64,000 nucleotides of DNA from assembly GCA_005881595.1 (NCBI GenBank), contig VBBY01000005.1, positions 18,673 to 82,672 of the forward strand, in the 5' to 3' direction. This DNA is from Betaproteobacteria bacterium (lineage in GTDB: Bacteria > Pseudomonadota > Gammaproteobacteria > Burkholderiales > SG8-39). Under the pieces are notes generated by a model. That model worked only from the letters and a program-made list of their open reading frames with translations, did not search any database and was not told the DNA's origin. Numbering within the stretch: position 1 is the first letter of the stretch; every line of letters starts with the position of its first letter. The position numbers and the translations under genes were made by a program. This document shows positions 56,916 through 64,000 of this stretch, piece by piece.

Positions 56916-58811
56916 ATGGCGAGCTACGCCGAATTCCACCGCCGTTCGATCCAGGACCGCGAGGGTTTCTGGGCCGAGCAGGCGAAGCTGATCCATTGGC
57001 ACCAGCCGTGCAGCGAGGTCCTCGATTACTCGCGGCCACCGTTTGCGCGCTGGTTCGTCGGCGGCGAAACCAGCCTCTGCTACAACGCGCTCGACCGCCA
57101 CATTGCCGCGCGCGGCGACCAGAACGCGCTGGTGTGGATTTCGACCGAGGTCGGCGAAAGCAGGACTTTCACCTACAAGCAGCTGCTCGCCGAGGTCAAT
57201 CGCGCTGCAGCGATGCTGCAGTCCCTCGGCGTAAAGAAGGGCGAGCGGGTGATCCTCTACCTGCCGATGATCCCGGAGGCCTGCTTCGCGATCCTCGCCT
57301 GCGCGCGCCTGGGCGCGGTCCATTCGGTGGTGTTCGGCGGCTTTGCCGCGGCCAGCCTTGCCGCCCGCATCGACGACGCAAGGCCGGCGCTGATGATCAC
57401 TGCCGACGGCGGCAGCCGCATGGGCAAGACGGTGCTGTACAAGTCGCTGGTCGACGAAGCGCTCAAGCTCGCCAGGCACCCGCCACAGAAGCTGCTGATC
57501 TTCAAGCGCGGCCTGGACTACGCGATGCCCGTGGTGCAGGGGCGCGACCTCGACTGGAAGGCGCTGCAGAAGGACTTCGCGAACGCAGAGCTTGCCTGCG
57601 CCTGGCTCGAGTCGAACGAGCCCTCGTACATCCTGTACACCTCGGGCACCACCGGACAGCCGAAGGGCGTGCAGCGCGACGTCGGCGGCTACGCGGTGGC
57701 GCTCGCCGCGTCGATGAGGAACATCTTCTGCGGCGAGGCCGGCGAGACCATGTTCACCACTTCCGACATCGGCTGGGTGGTCGGCCATTCCTACATCATC
57801 TACGCGCCGCTCATCGCCGGCATGACGACGATCATGTACGAAGGCGTGCCGATCCGGCCCGACGCCGGCATCTGGTGGAAGATCGTGCAGGACCACCAGG
57901 TCGACGTGATGTTTTCGGCGCCGACCGCGATCCGCGTGCTGAAGAAGCACGACCCGGCCTACCTCAAGAAGTACGACGTCTCCTCGCTCAAGCACCTGTT
58001 CCTCGCCGGCGAGCCGCTCGACGAGCCGACGCACGTCTGGATCACCGAGTCGCTCGGCCGCCCGGTGATCGATCATTACTGGCAGACCGAGACCGGCTGG
58101 CCGCTGCTCTCGGCGCAACCCGGCGTGGAGAAAACGCGCCTCAAGATGGGCTCGCCGAGCTTCCCGGTCTACGGCTATGACGTGCGGCTGCTGCACGAGG
58201 CGACCGGCCAGCCGGTGCCCGACGGCGAGAAGGGGGTGGTGACGATCGCGCCGCCGCTGCCGCCGGGCTGCATGAGCACGGTGTGGGGCGACGACGAGCG
58301 CTTCGTGGAGACCTACTTCAAGGACTTCAAGGACCAGCTGATCTACTCCACCTTCGACTGGGGAATCCGCGACAAGGACGGGTACTACTTCATCCTCGGC
58401 CGCACCGACGACGTGATCAACGTCGCCGGCCACCGCCTCGGCACGCGCGAGATCGAGGAGGCGGTCAGCATGCATCCGAACATCGCCGAGTGCGCGGTGG
58501 TCGGCGTGGCCGATTCCCTCAAGGGGCAGCTGCCGCTCGCCTTCGCAGTCGCAAAGGACGTTTCAAAATTGAGCTCTGCCGAAGGCAAAAGGAGACTGGA
58601 GAAAGAGGTGATGGCGACGGTAGACAAGCACCTCGGCGCCATCGCGCGGCCGAAAGCCGTGCATTTCGTGACGCTGCTGCCGAAGACCCGCTCTGGCAAG
58701 ACGCTGCGCCGCTCGATCCAGGCCCTCGCCGAGGGCCGCGACCCGGGCGATCTCACCACCATCGAAGATCCCAACGCACTGGAACAGATCAAACAGGCCC
58801 TGCACGCATGA
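56916..58811 (+). CDS. prpE: Propionate--CoA ligase
   Basis: YILYTSGTTG.PKGVQRD, LFLAGEPLDEPT, YWQTETGW, GRTDDVINVAGHRLG, KTRSGK. Confidence 0.92.
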   Translation: MASYAEFHRRSIQDREGFWAEQAKLIHWHQPCSEVLDYSRPPFARWFVGGETSLCYNALDRHIAARGDQNALVWISTEVGESRTFTYKQLLAEVNRAAAMLQSLGVKKGERVILYLPMIPEACFAILACARLGAVHSVVFGGFAAASLAARIDDARPALMITADGGSRMGKTVLYKSLVDEALKLARHPPQKLLIFKRGLDYAMPVVQGRDLDWKALQKDFANAELACAWLESNEPSYILYTSGTTGQPKGVQRDVGGYAVALAASMRNIFCGEAGETMFTTSDIGWVVGHSYIIYAPLIAGMTTIMYEGVPIRPDAGIWWKIVQDHQVDVMFSAPTAIRVLKKHDPAYLKKYDVSSLKHLFLAGEPLDEPTHVWITESLGRPVIDHYWQTETGWPLLSAQPGVEKTRLKMGSPSFPVYGYDVRLLHEATGQPVPDGEKGVVTIAPPLPPGCMSTVWGDDERFVETYFKDFKDQLIYSTFDWGIRDKDGYYFILGRTDDVINVAGHRLGTREIEEAVSMHPNIAECAVVGVADSLKGQLPLAFAVAKDVSKLSSAEGKRRLEKEVMATVDKHLGAIARPKAVHFVTLLPKTRSGKTLRRSIQALAEGRDPGDLTTIEDPNALEQIKQALHA

Positions 58812-59209
58812 AAACACGACCGATGCTCACCCTCGACGACTGCCGCAGGATTTCCGCCGCCGCGGAAGCCGAGGCGAAGCGCAACAACTGGAACGTCTGC
58901 ATCGCCATCCTCGACGACGGCGGCCACCTGCTGCACCTCGCGCGCATGGACGGCGCCAGCCCGGCCAACGCGCGCATCGCGGTTGAGAAGGGGCGCACCG
59001 CGGCCGAGTCGCGCCGTTCCAGCGCGGTGTGGGAAGAGCGCATCAAGGCCGGGCGCAACTCGATGCTCGGCATGCCCGGCATCACCCCGGTGCAGGGCGG
59101 GCTGCCCGTCATCGTGGAAGGAATCTGCGTCGGAGGTGTTGGCGTCTCCGGCGTGCAATCGCATGAAGACGAGCAGATTGCCGCCGCAGGAATCAAGGTT
59201 CTCGGCTGA
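58808..59209 (+). CDS. GlcG/HbpS heme-binding family protein (cytoplasmic)
   Basis: IA..D.GG.L....RMDG, A..K..TA, GG.P, GVGVSG.....DEQ.A. Confidence 0.9.
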   Translation: MKTRPMLTLDDCRRISAAAEAEAKRNNWNVCIAILDDGGHLLHLARMDGASPANARIAVEKGRTAAESRRSSAVWEERIKAGRNSMLGMPGITPVQGGLPVIVEGICVGGVGVSGVQSHEDEQIAAAGIKVLG

Positions 59210-59246
59210 CTGACTTCGTAGTTCAACCACCACAGGAGAGGAAACG

Positions 59247-59765
59247 ATGAAAGCGCAGCTTCGTGTAGCGGTAGCCTGCGTATCGGCGTGCCTGGCACTT
59301 GCCGCCGGCGCGCAGCAGCCCAGCCCGTTGGACGCAGTGCCGGAGAAGATGCCGAACGACATACCCTACGGCACGCCGATCTCGCTCGAGCGCGCGCAGG
59401 CGGCCATCGCCGCGGCGGTAGGCGAGTCCAAGCGGCGCGACTGGAAGTTGAATGTGGCCGTGGTTGATTCCGGCGGCCGGCTGGTCGCCTTTGCGCGCAT
59501 GGACGGAGCCCAGCTCGGCTCGATCGCCATCTCGGAGCACAAGGCGCGGGCGGCGGCAATGTACCGGCGCGAAACCAAGGCGTTCGAGACGGGCGTGCAG
59601 GCCGGCAACCATTACCTTCTCACCCTGGACGATGTCATCGCATCGCGCGGCGGCATCCCGATCCTCGACGGCGGCAGGCTGATCGGCGCCATCGGCTGCT
59701 CCGGCGCCACCGGCTCGCAGGATGAAGTGGTCTGCAGGGCCGGCGCCGACGCCGTGAAGCGATAG
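59247..59765 (+). CDS. GlcG/HbpS heme-binding family protein (exported)
   Basis: Signal peptide; VAVVD.GG.L.AF.RMDG, KA..A, GGIP, GAIG.SG....QDE. Confidence 0.9.
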   Translation: MKAQLRVAVACVSACLALAAGAQQPSPLDAVPEKMPNDIPYGTPISLERAQAAIAAAVGESKRRDWKLNVAVVDSGGRLVAFARMDGAQLGSIAISEHKARAAAMYRRETKAFETGVQAGNHYLLTLDDVIASRGGIPILDGGRLIGAIGCSGATGSQDEVVCRAGADAVKR

Positions 59766-59797
59766 GGAGCTGCCCGGTCTTCGCCGGTGGCCCGCAG

Positions 59798-60991
59798 ATG
59801 CAGCCGCATGTCTTGATTGCCGGCGGCGGCATCGGCGGGCTCACGGCGGCGCTCGCGCTGCTGCGCAGCGGCTGCGACGTCGACGTCTACGAACAGGCGG
59901 CGGAGCTGAAGGAAGTGGGCGCCGGGCTGCAGCTCGCGGCGAACGGCACGCGCGTGCTCCATGAGCTGGGCATCGGCGAGCAGCTCAAGGCGCTTGCCTG
60001 CGAGGCGATCGGCAAGGAAGTCAGGCTGTGGAGCAGCGGCGAGACCTGGAAGCTGTTCGATCTTGGCGCCGTCTCGATCGAGCGCTACGGGTATCCCTAC
60101 CTCACCGTGTACCGGCCAGATCTCCTCGGCGTGCTGGCGGCTGCGGTACGGCGCGAAAAGCCCGACGCCATCCACCTGGGTGCAAAGTGCAGCGCCGTGA
60201 GCCAGGACGGCAAAGGCGTCAGGCTGCGCCTCGCCGACGCGACCGAGGCGGGAGGCGATGCGCTTATCGGCGCCGATGGGGTGCATTCGCGTGTCCGCCA
60301 GGCGCTTTTCGGTCCCGACCGGCCCTCTTTTACCGGAATCATCGCGTGGCGCGGCGTGATCCCCATGGACCGGCTGCCAGAGCGCATGGCGCGCAGCGTC
60401 GGCACCAACTGGATCGGCCCCGGCGGACATGTGGTGCATTACCCGGTGCGCGCAGGCAGCCTGATGAACTTCGTCGGCGCTCTCGAGCGCGCCGACTGGC
60501 AGGTGGAATCGTGGAGCACCCGCGGCACGACCGAGGAAATGGCCGCCGACTTCGCGGGCTGGAACGAGGATGTTCAGACGATGATCCGGAACATCGAAAC
60601 GCCGTACAAGTGGGCGCTGATGGTGCGGCCGCCGATGGCGCGATGGACGCTCGGGCGGGCGAGCCTGCTGGGCGATGCCTGCCACTCGATGCTGCCGCTT
60701 CTCGCCCAGGGGGCGAACATGGCGATCGAAGACGGCTTCGTTCTCGCGAGGTGCCTGAAAGAGCACCGCGACGACCTCCCCGCCGCGCTGATGCGCTACG
60801 AGAATGCGCGCCGCGACCGCACGCGTCGCGCGGTCGAGGGGTCGGCTGCGAACATCCAGCGCTTCCACAATCCGAAGCTGTCCGATCCGGCGGAAGCGAG
60901 GAGATACGTGGCCCGCGAATGGGCCGAAGAGCGCGTCGCCGAGCGCTACGAATGGCTGTTCCGCTACGACGTGACCACGGTTGCGATCTGA
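59798..60991 (+). CDS. Group A FAD-dependent monooxygenase (salicylate / 3-hydroxybenzoate / 6-hydroxynicotinate hydroxylase family)
   Basis: GGGIGG, EVGAG.Q, IGADG.HS.VR, LLGDACH.M.P..AQGA.MAIEDG. Confidence 0.9.
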   Translation: MQPHVLIAGGGIGGLTAALALLRSGCDVDVYEQAAELKEVGAGLQLAANGTRVLHELGIGEQLKALACEAIGKEVRLWSSGETWKLFDLGAVSIERYGYPYLTVYRPDLLGVLAAAVRREKPDAIHLGAKCSAVSQDGKGVRLRLADATEAGGDALIGADGVHSRVRQALFGPDRPSFTGIIAWRGVIPMDRLPERMARSVGTNWIGPGGHVVHYPVRAGSLMNFVGALERADWQVESWSTRGTTEEMAADFAGWNEDVQTMIRNIETPYKWALMVRPPMARWTLGRASLLGDACHSMLPLLAQGANMAIEDGFVLARCLKEHRDDLPAALMRYENARRDRTRRAVEGSAANIQRFHNPKLSDPAEARRYVAREWAEERVAERYEWLFRYDVTTVAI

Positions 60992-61032
60992 GGGGACGCT
61001 GGCATAATCGCCGGCACAAGGAGGGAGTCCGA

Positions 61033-61452
61033 ATGACCAACGTCAGCGCAACAACGAGCTACAACCCGATTCTTCCTCTGGTGGGCCGTATTCTCATCGG
61101 CCTGATCTTCCTCGTCGCGGGCGTGCGGAAGGTGATGGGATTCGCCGGCACCGTCGCCTACCTCACCAAGCTCGGCTTCCCCGCGCCGGAAGTGATGGCG
61201 GTGATCGCGATCATCATCGAGATCGGCGGCTCGATGCTGCTCATCGTCGGCTGGCGCGCTCGCTGGGCGGCATGGCTGCTCGTGTTGTTCGTGGTCGTTG
61301 CGGCATTCGCGGCGCACCGGTTCTGGGAACTCGCCGATCCGGGACAGTTCAACAACCAGATGAACCACTTCCTGAAGAACCTTTCGCTCGTCGGCGGCCT
61401 GCTTTACGTCGCCACTTTCGGCCCCGGCTCGGCTTCGGTTGACAAGAGTTGA
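61033..61452 (+). CDS. DoxX family membrane protein
   Basis: GRIL...IF...G..K, E..G..LL..G, H.FW, F.KN....GGLL, GPG..S.D; SD GGAG. Confidence 0.9.
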   Translation: MTNVSATTSYNPILPLVGRILIGLIFLVAGVRKVMGFAGTVAYLTKLGFPAPEVMAVIAIIIEIGGSMLLIVGWRARWAAWLLVLFVVVAAFAAHRFWELADPGQFNNQMNHFLKNLSLVGGLLYVATFGPGSASVDKS

Positions 61453-62380
61453 TGCTTCCCTGATCCAGGCGCTGGAGCGGTCGAATCTCCATCCGCTCTG
61501 GGACCGGTACAAGCGAATCACGCCGGTCGCGCCCTGCGCCAGGGATGCGCCGATGCACTGGCGCTGGCGCGATATCGAGCCTTTCACCGGGCGTGCCGCG
61601 AAGGAAGTGGCGATCGAGGATGTAGAGCGCCGGGCGCTGATCCTCGCCAACCCGGCATTCGACGGAGAGACCGTCACCACGCAGAACCTGATTGCCGCCT
61701 TTACGGTGCTTGAGCCTGGAGACCGCGCGGTGCCGCACCGCCACACCGCGGCCGCGATCCGCTTCTCGACGCGCGCCGACGGGGCGCTCACCATCGTCAA
61801 CGGCCGGCGCTGCGAGATGAAGGAGGGCGACCTGGTCCTGACGCCGCCGATGTGCTGGCACGGGCACATCAACGAGAGCGGGCGGCGCACGGTGTGGTTC
61901 GACGCCGCCAACATGCCGGCGATCTGCGCGCTCGACGCGAGCTTCTTCGAGCCCGGTACCCGGCAGGACGAGCGCTTCTGGGAGGTGAGCGACGCAGGCT
62001 CTTCCGAATATCGCTTTCCCGGCGAGGCGGTCCGAAAGGATTTGCAATCGATGCCGGCCGGCCCCGATGGCGCCGCGACGTTTCGCTATACGCGCAATGG
62101 CGGCTCGGTGATGCCGACCCTGGATCTGTTCCTTTCCCGGATCGAAAGGCCGACTCGGCGGCGCCGCGCTACTTACAACGCCGTATGCCTTGTCGTCTCG
62201 GGCGAGGGCCGCTCGCAGGTGGGCGAGCAGCACTTCGAATGGTCGCGCCACGACGTCTTCACCGTGCCGCACTGGACCTGGGCGAGCCACGAGGCGCGCG
62301 GCGCTCCGGCGCAGCTGTTCATCGTCACAGACCGCGCCATCTACGAGCGGCTGGAGCTGCTGCGCGAAGAGATCCAGTGA
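61439..62380 (+). CDS. Gentisate 1,2-dioxygenase-like bicupin
   Basis: ERR.L.L.NP, PG..A..HRH...A.RF, GD..LTP...WH.H; the second cupin lacks the His ligands; TTG start. Confidence 0.85.
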   Translation: MTRVDASLIQALERSNLHPLWDRYKRITPVAPCARDAPMHWRWRDIEPFTGRAAKEVAIEDVERRALILANPAFDGETVTTQNLIAAFTVLEPGDRAVPHRHTAAAIRFSTRADGALTIVNGRRCEMKEGDLVLTPPMCWHGHINESGRRTVWFDAANMPAICALDASFFEPGTRQDERFWEVSDAGSSEYRFPGEAVRKDLQSMPAGPDGAATFRYTRNGGSVMPTLDLFLSRIERPTRRRRATYNAVCLVVSGEGRSQVGEQHFEWSRHDVFTVPHWTWASHEARGAPAQLFIVTDRAIYERLELLREEIQ

Positions 62381-64000
62381 TCGGCGCAGCGCTCCGGCGC
62401 TTCGAGGACGGGCGTTTTCTTACCGGCAGCGGCCGCTTCGTCGCCGATCTGTCGTTTCCGGGCGAGCTGCATTGCGCGATCGTGCGCTCGCCCCACGCGC
62501 ACGCCTGCCTGCGCGCGATCGATATCAGCGGGGCGCTCGGTGCCGGCGCGGCCGCCGTGCTCACCGGCCGGGACATGCAGGCGGACGGCGTTGGCCCGAT
62601 GACCGCCCGCTGGCACGTGCGCATGCCGGATGGCCCGCCGATGGCCGAGCCGCTGCGCTGGGCCATGGCGCGCGAAACGGTGCGCCACGTCGGCGAGCCG
62701 GTCGCCGCCGTCTTTGCGGAGTCGCGCCTTCTCGCCGAGGATGCCGCCGAGCAGGTCGCGGTGGATTATGAAATCCTGGAGCCGGTGAAGGATGAAATCT
62801 GCTTCACCTGGAGGCGCGGCGATCGAAGCGCGGTCGAGCAGGCGCTCGCGCAGGCGCCGCGCAAGGTGGAAATCGAGCTGGTGAACAACAGGCTGTGCGG
62901 CGCCGCGATCGAGACCCGCGGGGCGATCTCGACCGGCGACGCGCTCTACTGCGGCACGCAGACGCCGCATCACATCCGGCGCTTCGTGTGCGAAGAGCTC
63001 GGCATCGACGAAGGCAAGCTGCGGGTCGTGTCGCGCGATGTCGGCGGCGGCTTCGGCTACAAGGGCAAGCACTATCCGGAGGAGACGCTGGTAGTGTGGG
63101 CCGCGCGCCGCCTGCGCAGGCCCGTGAAGTGGATCGCCGGGCGGAACGAGTCCTTTCTTTCCGATACGCAGGGACGCGACCATGTAACGCGCGCGACGCT
63201 TGCGCTTGACGATCAAGGAAAATTCCTAGCGCTGGACGTTCGAACGCGGGCAAATGTCGGCGCCTACGTCTCGACTTTCGGCGCGGCGATACCCGGGCCG
63301 ATCTACAGCGCGCTGCTGGCCGGGCTGTACCGAACGCCCGCGGTGTTCGTCGAGGTAAGCGGGGTGTTCAGCAATACCGTGCCGACCGACGCGTACCGCG
63401 GCGCCGGGCGCCCCGAGGCCTGCTACCTGCTCGAGCGCCTCGCGGACAAGGCAGCGCTCGAGCTCGGGCTCGACCGCGCCGAAATCCGCCGCCGCAATCT
63501 GATCCCGCGCGAAGCGATGCCGTACAAGACGCCGGTAGGCCCCACCTACGACTGCGGAGACTTTCCCAAGGTTTTTGACAGAGCCCTGCGAGTGGGCGAG
63601 TACGAGACGTTTGAGAAGAGAAAGGATATTTCGAAGCAGAAAGGAAAGCTGCGGGGCATCGGCATCGCTTGCTACATCGAGTCCTCCGGCGTCGCGCCGT
63701 CGCGCCTCGCCGGCATGATGGGCGCCCGCGGCGGCTTCTACGAGGTTGCGCAGGTGCGGGTCGCGCCCGACGGCAGCATCACCGCCTACCTCGGGACCCA
63801 TAACCACGGGCAGGGCCACGCTACGAGCTTCGCGCAGATCCTTGGTGCGCGCCTCGGCGTGGCGATGGAAAGGATCTCGATCGTCGAAGGCGACACGGCA
63901 GCGGTCGCCGCCGGCACCGGCACGTTCGGCTCGCGCTCGATCGCGGTGGGCGGCTCGGCGCTGTACTTCGCCTGCGAGAAGATCATCTCCAAGGGCAAGA
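62377..64000 (+). CDS. Xanthine dehydrogenase family molybdopterin-binding large subunit (form II CoxL-like), 3' end outside window
   Basis: R.ED.RF.TG.G.F..D, RSPHAHA, DVGGGFG.K, AYRGAGRPE (63391-63411), HGQGH.T, GTFGSRS; open to window end. Confidence 0.88.
   Translation, partial: MIGAALRRFEDGRFLTGSGRFVADLSFPGELHCAIVRSPHAHACLRAIDISGALGAGAAAVLTGRDMQADGVGPMTARWHVRMPDGPPMAEPLRWAMARETVRHVGEPVAAVFAESRLLAEDAAEQVAVDYEILEPVKDEICFTWRRGDRSAVEQALAQAPRKVEIELVNNRLCGAAIETRGAISTGDALYCGTQTPHHIRRFVCEELGIDEGKLRVVSRDVGGGFGYKGKHYPEETLVVWAARRLRRPVKWIAGRNESFLSDTQGRDHVTRATLALDDQGKFLALDVRTRANVGAYVSTFGAAIPGPIYSALLAGLYRTPAVFVEVSGVFSNTVPTDAYRGAGRPEACYLLERLADKAALELGLDRAEIRRRNLIPREAMPYKTPVGPTYDCGDFPKVFDRALRVGEYETFEKRKDISKQKGKLRGIGIACYIESSGVAPSRLAGMMGARGGFYEVAQVRVAPDGSITAYLGTHNHGQGHATSFAQILGARLGVAMERISIVEGDTAAVAAGTGTFGSRSIAVGGSALYFACEKIISKGK

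Noticed and set aside
62377-64000. Aerobic CO dehydrogenase (form I CoxL)
   Set aside because: Active-site loop is AYRGAGR, not the form I AYxCSFR, so CO oxidation is unsupported

Overview
High-GC (~65-70%), gene-dense chromosomal segment, most likely from a betaproteobacterium (inferred from the gene set and the mdh/sdhCDAB/sdhE/gltA/sucAB/lpdA/zapE order with DUF3460). No rRNA, tRNA, CRISPR array, transposase or integrase was seen. The left half (1-35.9 kb) is accessory and housekeeping: an ABC exporter, PepF, a cold-shock gene heading two unknown ORFs, a cluster of exported beta-propeller and HupE/UreJ genes, glnS, two paralogous soluble Hanks-type Ser/Thr kinases flanking two TPR genes, an AttFG/AttH-like pair, dusA, msrA, hslR, and a PqqU/YncD-like TonB receptor + PQQ-dependent dehydrogenase + cytochrome c4 module. 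The right half (35.9-58.8 kb) is a TCA plus 2-methylcitrate supercluster, followed by a probable aromatic or heteroaromatic catabolic cluster (two GlcG/HbpS proteins, FAD monooxygenase, DoxX, gentisate-dioxygenase-like cupin, CoxL-like Mo enzyme cut by the window edge). The best candidate for an undescribed system is the twin-kinase locus (13.5-21.3 kb). Both kinases carry the same unrecognised ~190-aa C-terminal domain and share a 30-bp upstream element (26/30 identical), and one is translationally coupled to glutaminyl-tRNA synthetase. All functional calls come from motif recognition only; no database searches were run.
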